Source of the DNA: Azolla caroliniana | Taxonomy: Eukaryota > Plantae > Polypodiophyta | NCBI GenBank assembly: GCA_043228905.1 | Contig: JBHGNT010000003.1 | Location: 14,508,001-14,572,000, forward strand | Length of the DNA: 64,000 nucleotides | Reading direction: 5' to 3' | Shown here: positions 51,247-64,000 of the stretch, piece by piece | How the letters are laid out: every line of letters starts with the position of its first letter | How positions within the stretch are numbered: the first letter of the stretch is position 1 | The notes under the pieces: model-generated | Databases searched by the model: none | What the model saw: only the letters and a program-made list of their open reading frames with translations | What the model was told of the DNA's origin: nothing | Position numbers and translations under genes: made by a program

Positions 51247-54200
51247 TGTCGTGAAGAATTTCGACCAGAGGCGGAAACCGGGAAATATTGGCTATATCGG
51301 CGGGGTGCAGCATGTGCACTCACCCTTGTACATTTAGTGTGAATAACGAGGGCGCCTTTCTGGCGCCGAAAAGTAGTCAAGTCAGGACAGAGAATCCCAT
51401 GTAAATCGGGATTTATCCCACATTGTAACGCACCCCTCTCCTTGTTCTATAAAAGGAAGGGATGGTACCTTGTAAAAGGGTTGCCCATTTTGTATTAATA
51501 GGGTATACCGTTAGACGGAGAGACGTTCTCTCTTTCTCTCTCTCTCTCTTGTTTAGGGTTTCTTCTTCTTGCTCCCTTCTTCTTCTTCTTCTTCTTCGTC
51601 CTTCTGTGCGTTGAGCCTTGGCATCTAGCGTTCCAGTTTTCTGCCCTGTACTCTGTGCAAGACCCCGCTCGGCGCGACAAGCCGGAGAGCTCCCCGATCG
51701 GCGGCTTGGCAGTAGACAACGATTGTATCTCATGCGGCCTAGGTCCGGCTTGAAGTCGGTGTTGAATCGTTGTTCATATTCGGGTCTCTGTTGGTGTGCG
51801 TGTGTGTGTCTTAGTGTTTCTTTCTTGCTTATGTACATGTTCGTGCGAGAGTCAATGTTGCATGCCTGCTCACTCTCTCTCTCTCCCGTTGGTTGCTTCC
51901 GGTGTGCTCCTGGGGTGCCCTAGAAAAGGTGAAGCACGGCTTCCTACGCTCTGTCACTCCCTAGTCCAAGACCCCCGTGGTCCCGCCTTTCTACATGCAC
52001 GTGCGTAACAACGCGACATCTTTGGTGAACCCGACGTGAAAGGCGGCAAGGGAGCATGGAGTCGGAAGACGACGACCTCGCGGTGATGGTGGCCGAAGTG
52101 GTGTTGGAGTCGGCATGAGTGGTGATGAGGCGAGAAGCAGCGCAACAAGCGGTTGAGCGAGTGGTCGAAAGAGTCAGCCGTTTCAACGGGGACGAAGTCC
52201 CATCTTACTTGGAAGCCTACAACACGGAAATGGAGGAGTGAGACGTGAACGAAGCATTGAGGTTGGAGTTCTTCTGTCGGGCTGTCGCCGTCCGTACGCA
52301 CGCGGAAGTGAAGGAGCTTCGACAAGCTCATAGTTCGTGGGAGGCCTTTGAAGAGGTGCTCGTGCAGGCATATGGAGGACGGCGGAAGAGCCGGGGATGG
52401 CACGACTTCGACCAGTGGGTAGCATCGACAAAGACCCACCGGCGGAAGTGAAGGAGCTTCGACAAGCTCATAGTTTGTGGGAGGCCTTTGAAGAGGTGCT
52501 CCTGCAGGCATATGGAGGACGGCGGAAAAGCCGGGGATGGCACGACTTCGACCAGTGGGTAGCATCGACAAAGACCCACCGGGGCGCAACGAAGGCGTTC
52601 CGAGAGTTCGAGCGACAGCTTGCTCGGCTCCCGGAGCGGGAACAAGGTTTGGTGGGGGCGGACAAAGTTCTATTGTTCGTCAGGTTGATCGACCGAGCGG
52701 AACGAGAGGCCATCGGGATTGAGCTTGAAGACGATGACGGAGTGAATGGGCTTACGGAGGACTGGTCGAAGGTCAGAAGGGTGTGCCAACGGCTAGACAA
52801 CGAGCTAGCCGAGAAGGCTAAGAGGACGACGACGTGCCATCACAACGGGAAGAGGCCGAACGGCAAAGAGAGTCGGCAAGGGTCGGCGTTGGGGCCAGGA
52901 TTGCAGAGGCGTACACAACTCTCGAGGCAATGCTCGAGGAAGAGGAAAGATCGAGGCCACAAGCCGAGACTGAGGAGACGGACCTGCCCCACGCGATGAC
53001 GGAAGATCGGTACGACGGTACCACAGGAGAGGGTGTGGAGCGAGCCACCCTCTCGACTTGCGAAATAAGGAAGACCCGGGATAAGGGCCAAGGATATGAG
53101 GAGCCCAAGGAGGATCCTTCACACCGGATCTAGAGACTTCGGCAGTCGGCAACGCGGTCGGCGTAAGACCAAGATACTGACGGTGGCGGCGGGGGGACAA
53201 GGGCGGGCAAACCGAGGTCCCACGAAGATCCTCACACCGATCCGGCGGTCGGCCCGAGTGCCGGCGTGAGTCCTATAGGGGAGATCGGTGGCGGCAGGTG
53301 AACATGATCGGACGACGGAAGCAGAGAAAGAAGGTATCAGGCCAGTAAGGCAGCTACGGACCATCTCAAACCTTCCGGCAAGGTGAGTGGGCGTAAGGAA
53401 GTCTGGTCCTACGAGATCCCCACACCGAACCAGAGACTCTGGCAGTTCGGCCAACGTGGCAACATGAGACCGAGAGAGGTTGGTGGCGGCGGGAAACGGG
53501 ACCCGACTACGCGGAAGACACGAGGAGAATCCGGAAGGAACTCAAACAAAGACACCCTGAATTTCGGCAAGCAACGAAACGAAGACCGGTCCTATGGGAT
53601 CTTCACACCGGTTCCGGAGACCCCGGCTGTTCGTCCAACGTGGCAACGTAAGACCGAGGGAGAAGGAAGGTGGCGGAAAGGGACGGGATCCGGCATCGAC
53701 AAAGGTCGGTAAGATGGAACGGACGAAGTGCGGAGCCCTTACCGGCCGGTTACGGTAGCGGAAGGAGCGGGTAGGGCAAACCCGGGGAGGTGTGTCGGGC
53801 CGAAAAGGCACACCTGGGACGGAACAAGAGTCTCGCAAGTGGCCATCGTGGGCCGGATCGAAGCATGACTACGGGACGATGTGCGGCACAGGCGGTGCCG
53901 AACAAAGGAAGCGGAAGACGGCACAAGGGAGGTGCTGGGAACGAGGTGCCTAGTGGACTGCACAGGGTCGGAATCAGGGGATGGCAAGAGAGCCTGGAGG
54001 AGGATCCTCCACACTCGCTTCGTAGATCTCGGTAGCTCTGTCGAAGTAGCGAAGACTGACATGGCAAGCCCGGGGTGACAAGCTGGTGGGGGTGAGGGGA
54101 CGACGACAAGCGGAAGACTCAGGACCTGTTGCAGCAACACGAAGACTGGAAGGGCCAAGCGGGCTACTACGGGGTGTTCCTCGGATGCGGAGGACATCGG

Positions 54201-55641
54201 TATGCGGGTGAGCGGCGATGCACGATCTGGCTAGGAAGGGGCCGACAAGGCGTGTAATGAACCAGAGTACGACAGTGCCAAACAACGGACGAGGGTATGT
54301 GGCACACATAGGTGCCAGAGCAGAAAGGCGAGCGCGAAGATGGGTTGCGCGGTTCGGAGGTAGCGCGTAGAAGGCCAGAGAAGGATCCTCCACACCGTTC
54401 CGGAGACCATGGCGGTTTGAGCCGACGCGGCGACGTAAGACTGTGGAGAAGGAAGGTGGCGGCGAGAGGACGAAGGCAACGCGAAGCAACATGGGACGAC
54501 AATCGGGACCACGCGAATGGTCGACGGAGGCCAAGTGGGCCACTATGGGCGTTCCTCAAGTGGAGGACATTGGGCATACGGCGGAGAGCGAAGCGTGCAT
54601 ACGGCCAAACAAGGGCCAGCGGAAGTACGCGTACTCCGGAGATCGCGGTGAAGGATCCATCGACGGGTCGAATGAGCCTACGGGGAGGTAAGCGTGAAGG
54701 AAGAACTGAAGCCGACGATTCAAATTGGCAGCGAGTCGGGATGCGGATTACGGAGGACCGGTTTCTCACCGGCCGAAATCTCTCACCCTTCACCAGATTT
54801 GGCACATACCGGTGGACGTGCGGTTTGGTGGGGGCGGATGTCGTGAAGAATTTCGGCCAAAGGTGGAAACCAGGAAATATTGGCTATATTGGCGGGGTGC
54901 AGCATGTGCGCTCACCCTTGTACATTTAGTGTGAATAACGAGGGCGCCTTTATGGCGCCGAAGAGTAGTCAAGTCAGGACAGAGAATCCCATGTAAATCG
55001 GGATTTATCCCACATTGTAACACATCCCTCTCCTTGTTCTATAAAAGGAAGGGATGGTACCTTGTAGAAGGGTTGCCCATTTTGTATTAATAGGGTATAC
55101 CGTTAGACGGAGAGACGTTCTCTCTTTCTCTCTCTCTCTCTCTTGTTTAGGGTTTCTTCTTCTTGCTCCCTTCTTCTTCTTCTTCTTCTTCGTCCTTCTG
55201 TGCGTTGAGCCTTGGCATCTAGCGTTCCAGTTTTCTGCCCTGTACTCTGTGCAAGACCTCGCTCGGCGCGACAAGCCGGAGAGCTCCCCGACCGGCGGCT
55301 TGGCAGTAGACAACAGTTGTATCTCATGCGGCCTAGGTCCGGCTTGAAGTCGGTGTTGAATCTCGTTGTCTTGTAAATACATATACATGTGGTTGTGCAT
55401 ATTCGGGTCTCTGTTGGTGTGTGTGTGTGTGTCTTAGTGTTTCTTTCTTGCTTATGTACATGTTCATGCGAGAGTCAATGTTGCATGCCTGCTCACTCTC
55501 TCTCTCTCCCGTCGGTTGCTTCCGGTGTGCTCCTAGGGTGCCCCGGAAAAGGTGAAGCGCGGCTTCCTACGCTCCGTCACTCCCTAGTCCAAGACCCCCG
55601 TGGTCCCGCCTTTCTACACACATGCGCGTAACAACGCGACA
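51247..55641 (+). mobile_element. Non-autonomous gag-only LTR element E (tRNA-Trp PBS)
   Basis: LTRs at 51247-52018 and 54839-55641 (TGTCGTG...CGCGACA). 4-bp TSD ACGT at 51243-51246 and 55642-55645. PBS TGGTGAACCCGACGTGAA at 52023-52040; PPT GGTGGGGGCGGA; gag-like frame from ATG 52056; no pol motifs. Confidence 0.93.
52302..52581 (+). repeat. 140-bp tandem duplication that frameshifts element E gag
   Basis: GCGGAAGTGAAGGAGCTTCGAC starts at both 52302 and 52442. Confidence 0.92.
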
Positions 55642-55807
55642 ACGTAAACATCCCGTGTTCTCTATCGTTGTTTGTGTGTGTACGTGCATTCACTCCCTAC
55701 TTCACATTTCTGTGTTTGATTCTCATCGAAGTGATTCAAGACTCGGTTGTGGCCGCGCAATATTCCGCGCTATTTCCTACAAACTGGTATCAGAGCGAAC
55801 AAAGGAA

Positions 55808-56443
55808 ATGGAAGAATCATTCGACGACATGTTCAAGCTCATCGGCTCCAACTACCCAATGTGGAAGTCGAAGATGAGGGACATACTCGTGGTCAAAGAT
55901 ATCTGGCTGCCGGTACAGTTCGGGGACGAGAAACCGGATAAGATCGATGCCGCAACATGGCAGGTGATGCACATGAAGACGACGGCATACATACGGTGCT
56001 TCATCGACATGAGCCTATATAACAACTTCAATGAAGAAAGTAAAGCTCATGTGCTATGGGAGAAAATCAACACTATGCTGGAGAGTAAAAACGTCGTAAA
56101 TCGGGTTTCGGTATTCCGGAAGTTAGTGAGACTCCGGTACCAGGACGGATCTAGCATGACAGAGCAGATGAATGCATTTCAAGGGCTCATAAACCAAATA
56201 ACTTCGCTTGAAGTACCTCTAGCCGATGAGGTACTTGCATTCCTCCTGCTTGGTTCGCTCCCGGATAGTTGGGAGACGTTAGTTGTCACTTTGGGCAATG
56301 CCGGGCCGGAAGGAAAGCAATTGTCCCTAGCAAGGGTAAAATCAAGCTTGCTAGATGAAGAAGCTCGCCGGAAGGACCGGAAGTCTGGAACCTATCCGAA
56401 GGCCTTGGTGACAGTAGATAACCATAACCGGGGAAGAGGCTGA
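55808..56443 (+). pseudogene. Copia gag (UBN2-type), truncated before the zinc knuckle
   Basis: MEESFDDMFKLIGSNYPMWKSKMRDILVVKD...LLGSLPDSWETLV. Confidence 0.88.
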
Positions 56444-56507
56444 AATTGGAGTCCCCAAAACTGGGACAAATCAGGGACAAGGTCAAAGTCAAGGGGGAGG
56501 CCTACTT

Positions 56508-56930
56508 GAGTGCTACTCGAGTGGGACCACAAGGGTTTTAGACAAGGGATGATATGAATGAAGGCAAGAATCAAACTAGAGTGGGGACTAGAAAGGATTC
56601 GAGTGTTAATGTACTAAGTTAATGGCCCTAACCACTAAACCATTTTTATCTATATTTATTAGCATATATACATATCTTTTTGTAACTATTATTGAACCCC
56701 TTTTTTATTCATTTTACACCTTCGGGCTTGCCACATCACTATTGGAAACTAAGTTGTCAAGTGCAGCATGTACAACAAAGTTGTTGAGCGAGCAAGCTCA
56801 ACTTGGGCCAGATCGGCTAAAGAAGCCAAGAACCAGATCAGATGGAAATCGATCGATTAGGCCCGGATTGGACAGAGACTGATCAGAGAAGCCGAATCGG
56901 CTATGCCTAGTCGAATGGAATCCGACACGC
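56508..56930. mobile_element. Unresolved LTR fragments
   Basis: LTR-like end GCTTGCCACA at ~56734. ~56785-56850 resembles the LTR at ~57930-57985 (TTGAGCGAGCAAGCTCAAC). Confidence 0.45.
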
Positions 56931-57257
56931 TGTTAGGGGCCTATATTCCTATTATAGTAAATAGGAATATTATAAGTTGTTAGTGTCAGGCTCAGTTAAT
57001 GAGCATTCAAGTACTTGTCAAAACTTGTGTTAGCCCACTCGTCAAGGCTTGTATATAAAGTGCTCTCTGAGCACGTTCGTATGTATGGAGCATTTTGTAA
57101 TAGAATTTTTGTCTATCTGATCACTCAGTCTCTCTCTCTCTCTCTCTCTTACATTCTCTGTGTTTACCTAATTGTTATATATCCGGATAACCAACCGTGT
57201 ACTCAATGTCTTCCACATATGCTTCTGCACAAGTATATTTTTACATGGTATCAGAGC
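56931..57257 (+). mobile_element. Short 5' LTR (56931-57245) with an adjacent Met PBS, truncated element
   Basis: TGTTAG...TTACA followed directly by TGGTATCAGAGC; TATA at ~57054. Confidence 0.75.
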
Positions 57258-57289
57258 GCGAGGGTTAGAAGAATCCTCTAATGCCGACA

Positions 57290-57866
57290 AAGCGAATAAG
57301 ATAGAGCAAAGCTTTCGTTTTCCGAAAAAGAAAAGATAGGAACATGAACAAAGTGTTGAGAATCAACCGACCACAACCGGTTAACACGTATTCGTATGTG
57401 GGTGCAAAGATAGAGAATGACAATACGCAGACAAACAGAATACAAAAAGTATAGAGACACAAGATGTTCTATGTGAAAAACCCAAAACGGGGAAAACCAC
57501 GAGAGTCCACAAACTCCAAACTATTCCACTATATATGAGAGTACAAGGAGACTCACAAGCAACAACCTTGAGCTCATCTTCATCTGACATACGGTTACAG
57601 AGGAGACAGTCACTCACTCTCACTCTCTCTATCTCACTAGTTACAGAGGCAACGACCTTACTGTAACTATAGAACAATCATAAACAACAACTTACTTATA
57701 TAATGATTGCCCTAGGTGTATTTATACTAATACAACATTCAGGGCTATTTACATATATAGCCCAAAAGGGCACATTAACTCTATTTACAAATATGGCCTG
57801 AGTCGACTTCGTACAATACCGACGGTTCGGTCAACCGGTACAAGGCCCGACTAGTGGCGAAGAAGG
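57290..57866 (-). mobile_element. Partial copia LTR of the same clade as 12420/42799
   Basis: Shares the motifs AAAACCC...GGGGAAAACCACG, CAACRACCTTGAGCTC and GATTGCCCTA...TATTTATACT. Left end is approximate. Confidence 0.7.
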
Positions 57867-59837
57867 TGTTGGAGGAAAGGACCCATTGACACCACGATCC
57901 GACCTCAAGTTGAGCTTGAGGGGGAGTGTTGAGCGAGCAAGCTCAACCGTATCCGGATCGGCTGAACAAGCAAGAGCCGGATCGGTGTCCGGATGGTATC
58001 CAAAACCAGGAGCTGGATTGGTGAGCCGGATCGAGGAGCCGGATTCAGATGTGAACCGGAAAGCTAGTAGTAGCCTATACTCCTTGACTACTCCTCGTTG
58101 TTGTCCGTCGGTGTTGTCATCCTGGCCTAACGCTTAGACGAGTAGAATATATTATTAGAAGCATTAAAGAAACGAATGTAACGGTTCACGCTAGGTGCGT
58201 AACAGACTAAAAGCCCTGAGTATGTAAAGGGGGAGCGTGTATTTTTGGGAGCTACATTTTGTAATACAATACTATCTTCTCTGATTCCCGTGTCTGTGTA
58301 AGTCTTCTACTGCTTTGGTGTAGTACCCTGTTGGTAATTGTGGGTTAGTAAGCGTAGGGTAAGTGTGTATTTGAGATCACGCACTAGTGAGCTTCGGTGT
58401 AGCCGTCTCCCTTCAGGTCCAGACGATACGCTTTGCACGCTTCACACACCTCCGGATCTACCTCGAAGGACTGAGAGTAGACAGTGTTCCTAATCGGTAA
58501 CACTTTTGGCACGCATGGTGGATTTGTGATTCAGCACAGACGAGCATCAAGGTATGGATGACTAGCCGTAGATGAGCCAGAGAACCGACCCGACAAGATT
58601 GACCACTGACGAGGTTTATCATAAGAGCGCGCTAAGCGAAAACCTCGCCTCAATGACCACGACTGTTCCTTTCAGGAGTACATGGTAGACTCCATGCTCA
58701 CAGAATAGTGCAACGTTGACCACGAAGCCCTGTCGCCACACAACCAAGGTAGTGCGATTAAATGTCACAATAGTCCACGTTGAGAAAGCAGGAGTCTTCC
58801 CCTACCGATCATCACCATAGCGTCCTAAATGGCTTTCTCATACCCCCGCTTCAACGGAGAAACAGACGCTACTAGCCACATCCAACTATTCCTCAATGTT
58901 TGGAATGCTAATCATTTGGTGCAGCGGTTTCCAGACGCGGAAGCTCACACTTCAAAGATTGCCGAGTTGGGTTGACTTTGGACGGCCGAACTGCATGCTG
59001 GCATTCCCAGATGGACTTGGCAGCAATCACAACCTTCGACCAACTACAATCGGCGTTCTTGCATTTTTTTCCTCAGAGGGTGCGACAACGTGAAATAATC
59101 GGGCAGTTCTATACCACCAAGCAACTTCCCACAGAATCCGTAGCGGATTTCAGTCTACGTTTCCAGAGTCTATGGCGGAACCTTACACGGGCCCCGATAG
59201 ACGAAGAGGCCAAGGAAACGTTCTTGGCAGCTCTAAGACGACCTCTCTGGATGACGCTGAACACGCAGAGTGTGAAAGGGGAGACAACTGACATGGTCAT
59301 CGAGCGAGCATTACAACTCAAATTAGAGGACGAAGATGAGGGACTGTCCATGGCATCACTACGATAGGCCATTCAATGTCTGGTCCGTTTAAACTCTGGA
59401 CATTCCGCGGTCGAATATAACATGCGACTACATTGCCCAACTTGCTCGCTGAAAAGAAGAAAGCAGCGCATACCCGCACAAAAGAAGAAAATAGGAAGCT
59501 GCGTGAGGAAGCCCAAAAGACTCCGAGAGTTTTTGGAAAGGAAGAAAGCATGGTATGAGGAGCAGCTCGTGCAAGAATGGGAACTGCAGCATCAGGTAGA
59601 AATTCGCCTGAACAATGAAATGGGCCGGCTTGAGGATCTACACTTGAAAGAATCCCAGATATGGACAAAGATGAAGAACCTCTATGAGGAGGCGGCTACG
59701 GCTAATAAGTGTAAAATCGAAAACCTCAAGAAAGCCCTGGACGAAGCGCAAACCCGATCCCAAACAATAACGGACAATGTATGCGTCCTTTATCAAACAA
59801 ATCGTGAGCGGTTTACGTCACAGTTGAAAGCGGCATT
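57867..59837 (+). mobile_element. Athila-like relative: 5' LTR, Arg-type PBS, gag and a coiled-coil remnant; internally deleted
   Basis: LTR 57867-58502; PBS TGGCACGCATGGTGGA from 58507. Gag MAFSYPRFNGETDATSHIQLFLNVWNANH aligns with MSFQYPKYRDDPDAEAHVYAFQQTWEANH at ~13734. Confidence 0.82.
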
Positions 59838-62800
59838 TACTATAGATCTAGGTACTAAAGTAAGCTTAAGATAAGGATAAAGAAATGAAAGATAGAAAGG
59901 AGAAAGAGAAAGAAGGGTGCCGATCCACCCGATCACCCCCGAGCGAAGGGATCGAGACGGACTTGAGCCTCGATCGGCATCCCATACCACCTCCGTGGCG
60001 TCGAGTCGTACCTGGTGCTGGTGCGCTCGCTACAAGAGTTGACCCACCACACGAGCAGAGTCTCGATGTAGTCCAAAGATGATCAAGTCTCGAGGGTAGC
60101 TAGGCCTCTTATTTATAGCGATACCCAAGGCCCCCAGGCAAGTTCACACTTGGCCTAATGGGTTGTCTCAATCCCGAGGATTAAAAGTAATCCTCCCCTT
60201 CTTTACACTCTCGTTTAACCCTCACACTTATCCACGTGTATAGAATACTACGGTAAATTCTCAGCACAGGATATTATATGGTCATGCCCGTAACATACTC
60301 CCCCTCTTTAAAACATTGCACTCTTGCAATGGAAAATTAGGGAAGTTAGTTCTAAGAGTATTTTCGCGTTCCCATGTGGCATCTTTTATTGATTTATCCA
60401 TCCATTTTATTTTAAATTCTCGGATTTCTTTAGTACGTAATTTTTTTGTTTTAACATCGAGAATTCTTTCTAGTACATGTGGTTTAGAAGATAAATCTTC
60501 AGAAGTAACCAGAGTTTCAGTCGTAACTGTATTGTCGCCAGAACCTAGAAGTTCTTTTAGACGACTCACATGAAAGACTAGATGAATTCTGACACCATCG
60601 GGAAGAACAAGACGATAGGCTGATGACCCAATGCGTTTGAGGACTGTAAAAGGTCCACAAAACCGTGGGGCTAACTTAGCGCACTTACCTATAGACAATG
60701 TCTTAGAATTGTGAGGTACACGTAAAAATACCTTCTGTCCAGGGTTGAATACACGAGGTTGCCTATGATGATCGGCATAAAAACGCGCTCTATCTTGAGC
60801 TGTTTTTATATTATCTCGTGCAATATGCAACATATCTTGCATATCCCGAAGAAAGTTTTGCGTACTTCGCAACTCATCATGATGTATATTAACATCAATC
60901 GGGGCTCGTGGCTGAAAACCATACATCAACATAAAAGGACTATATCCTGTCGACGTATGCTTGGAGCTGTTATAAGCAAACTCCAAAATTGGGAGATAAC
61001 GTTCCCATTTTGTTGGTTTTGCACCAACATATGCTCGAAGAATGTCCTCAATAATTTGATTTACTCGTTCTGTCTGTCCATCGGATTGAGGATGATCCGT
61101 GGAGCTCATGCTCAACGTAGTTTCTAACTTCTTAAAGACTTGCGTCCAGAAGTCACTAGTAAACTTTGGATCTCGATCACTCACGATATCCATCGGTAAC
61201 CCATAAAAACGAAACAATTCGTCAACGAATTGGTAAGCCAATTCAGGAGCTGTTACCGTGGTTTTAGTAGCAATAAATCTGGCCATTTTAGTTAGTCGAT
61301 CAACGACAACCCAGATGGCATCATGACCTTTTTGGGTGCGAGGAAGGCTAACAATAAAATCCCTAGATATACTTTCCCACTTATTATTGGGAATGTCCAA
61401 GGGATGTAAAAGTCCTGCGGCTTTAAGTCGCTCGACTTTGTTAACCTGACACTGGTGACATTTAGTCACATAGCTATGTATGTCAGGGTGCATCTTAGGC
61501 CAATAGAATTGAGTGGAGATGAGAAAGAGTGTACGATGTATTCCAGGGTGCCCTGCTGAGGGTGCATCATGGCATTAAAAAAGAATCCTCTTTTTGACCT
61601 CGGGTAAATCTGGAACACAAACCTTCCCATTATAGTAGAGCAAACCGTTAGCAATGTGGAAGTATTCCTTCGAGGATGTGGTGGTGTCTGTTCCAGACTC
61701 AACTCTTGCCCAATATTTTGTGAAATAACTGTCATCAGGATACTTTCCTCGAAGGTGATCATAAAGATCTGATGATATTGCAGTGAAGCTAAGCATGTTA
61801 ACTTCACGGATGCGACTTAGTGCATCAGCGACAGTGTTCATGGAACCTTTATGATATCGTATGGAAAAATCAAAGTCCTGGATGAGATCAGCCCATCGTG
61901 CCTTACAACCTTTCAGGTCTTGTTGGTCACAAAAATATTTCAAGGACTCGTGGTCCGTAGTTACCACAAAGTGATTTCCATAAAGATAATGGCGCCATGT
62001 TTTGAGCGCATGTATAACTACAAATAATTCCTTTTCTTGAACGGTATACCGACATTGAGCAGAATCAAGTTTCTTACTCTCGAATGCTATTGGTTTACCA
62101 TCTTGATACAAGACAACACCTATAGCATAATCGCTTGCATCGGTTTCAACCTCAAAAGGTTTTGAAGGATCAGGTAAAAGAAGTGAAGGAGCCTTGCAAA
62201 CCAGGTCCTTGAGTTCCTTAAAGGCAAGGTCTAGTGTAGCATTCCACTCAATAGGTTTTGTAGACTTACGCGTTTGACCTTTTAAAAGATCAGTAAACGG
62301 CGTCGTCAATTGGGAGTAATTACGAAGAGACTTTCGCAAAAACCCCACAAAACCAAGGAATGATCGAACTTCTCGAATATTCCGAAGAGTGGGCCAAAGC
62401 TTGATTTTCTCAATGCGAGAAGGATCAATTTCAACTCCTCGTTCGATTGTGAGATGTCCTAGATAAGTAATTGATTTTTTGAAGAACTCACATTTTGAGA
62501 TCTTCGCATAAAACTGTTTGTCACGCAATGTTTGTAAAACAAAGCGGACATGTCTAGCATGTTCTTGTAATGTACGGCTATAAACTAAAATATCATCCAA
62601 GAAAATAACGACATATTTTCCAAGTTGTTCTCTGAAAATGTCATTCATTTCTTGTTGAAAAGTAGCCGGAGCATTGGTCAAACCAAAAGGCATAACCAAA
62701 AACTCGTAATGGCCATAGCGCGTACGAAATGCCGTTTTAGGAACATCGTCCTCACTTATTCGTATTTGATGGTAGCCAGTACGGAGATCAAGTTTCGTAA

Positions 62801-63215
62801 AATACCGAGCTCCCTGAAGACGGTCAATTAGATCGTCAGCCCGGGGCAATGGATACGAATTCTTGATCGTCACTTTATTCAAGCGTCGGTAATTAATACA
62901 CATACGCCATGTGCCCTCTTTCTTTTTAACCAAGAGAATTGGTGCACCCCATGGAGATTTACTATAACGTATATAACCCATTCGTAAATAGTCCTTGAGT
63001 TGCTTAGATACCTCATCTTCTTCGGATCGACTTAAGCGATACGGAGGTATACTTATTGGTGCAACACTAGGTACAATATCTATACGATGGTCTATATTAC
63101 GTTTAGGAGGTAACCCATCAGGTAGTTCACTTGGAAAAACATCATGAAAATCATTTAAGATTTCATTAAGTTGTTGTTGTTCAAAATATGTTAATTGAAT
63201 CGGGACATTATCGAT
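59838..63215 (-). mobile_element. Chromovirus family A, 3' half (RT, RNase H, integrase, chromodomain, PPT, 3' LTR ~59838-60295)
   Basis: ORFs 61575-62981 and 60282-61493; chromodomain ERILDVKTKKLRTKEIREFKIKW...DATWE; PPT on the minus strand AAAGAGGGGGAG at ~60298-60309. Confidence 0.94.
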
Positions 63216-64000
63216 TGTAAGGAATAGACCCTTCTATCCTCCTTTCTTATCTCGGCCACAACCGATTAATCGCGGATCAATGGAGCAGAAAATAGGAAAC
63301 ACACGTAGAAACAAGACGAAGAAACGCGAGTACACAAGGATTAACGTGGAAAACCCTAAACGGGGAAAAACCACGGGAGTACAAGACTCCAAACAACACT
63401 ATACAGAGAAGTATACAATGACGAGCTCCAAGGCGACGACCTTGAGCTCGCTGTCCTCGCCACAGGCGGCGGAAATACACAGAGGCGTCTACCTCTTTCT
63501 CTCTCGCGCTCTCTCTCTCTCTCTCTGTCACGGCTGCTCTCTCTTCACTCCTCTAAAGTGGAAAAAACAGAAAAAATGAGAAGCAACAACAAAACAGTTT
63601 GCCCTAAGTCATATTTATACTCATATGACTTTGGGCTATTTACAACTGTAGCCTCAGGGGCCCATAGCGAACATATTCACGGATATGTCCCTGCATCCGG
63701 ATCGCTCTCCGGGTACATTCGTCATCCGGTACCGAAACCGGGGTCTTCGTCATCCGGATCCGAAACCGACAACCGGATCCGACCATCCCATCCGAAGGGA
63801 CCGTAATCCCAACAAACTCCCCCTTCACTTCGGCATGGGATGTTTCTCCAATCCGATCCTCTTCCGGCATGCTTCCAGCTTGTCGGGTGTGAGCACCTTG
63901 GTCAGCATATCCGACCCGTTCTCGTCCGTGTGGATCTTCGTCAGCACGAACTCCTTGTCTTCTATCCTTTCCCGGATCCAGTGATATCTTCGCTGGATGT
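63216..64000 (-). mobile_element. Copia 3' LTR (63216-63814), PPT and RNase H C-terminus; element continues beyond the window
   Basis: TGTAAG...CCCAACA; PPT on the minus strand GTGAAGGGGGAG; minus strand IQRRYHWIRERIEDKEFVLTKIHTDENGSDMLTK. Confidence 0.9.

Larger units (their letters stand above)
50799..56507 (+). mobile_element. Second copia of the same family: 5' LTR (50799-55781, split by element E), Met PBS and gag, truncated
   Basis: LTR is homologous to the reverse complement of 42799-43326; PBS TGGTATCAGAGC at 55785-55796. Confidence 0.9.

Overview
Plant nuclear DNA, most likely from a non-seed land plant such as a fern, lycophyte or bryophyte; this is inferred from the Tcn1-like self-priming chromoviruses. 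A small gene island at ~3.4-12 kb holds tRNA-Ser(AGA) and a 4-coding-exon clade-D PP2C gene, both on the minus strand. It is flanked by degraded Ty3/gypsy fragments (1-2.8 kb) and by a ~52-kb pile of nested LTR retrotransposons. Target-site duplications (TSDs) resolve the nesting: a solo LTR (12251-43704, ATTAT) contains a Ty1/copia (12420-43326, CCCAT). The copia in turn contains an Athila-like gypsy (12668-22589, GTTAC), a truncated chromovirus (23300-~29496), a ~450-bp insert, a gag-only Trp-primed element (31659-36496, ACGT) and a young Tcn1-like chromovirus (36978-42269, TAGGT). A second nest follows from 43752 onward. The most unusual signal is in the Athila-like lineage, which has no polypurine tract. 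Next to the 3' LTR it instead carries a copy of a tRNA-Arg-type T-arm and 3' end, split exactly after the A58 position by a 13-nt spacer. This is seen in two diverged family members and suggests tRNA-type priming of the plus strand. Also notable are antisense tRNA-like A/B-box cassettes in the U3 of three Tcn1-like LTRs, and two tRNA-Trp-primed gag-only elements that both made 4-bp ACGT duplications. All alignments were done by eye; lineage names and tRNA identities come from remembered motifs, not database searches.
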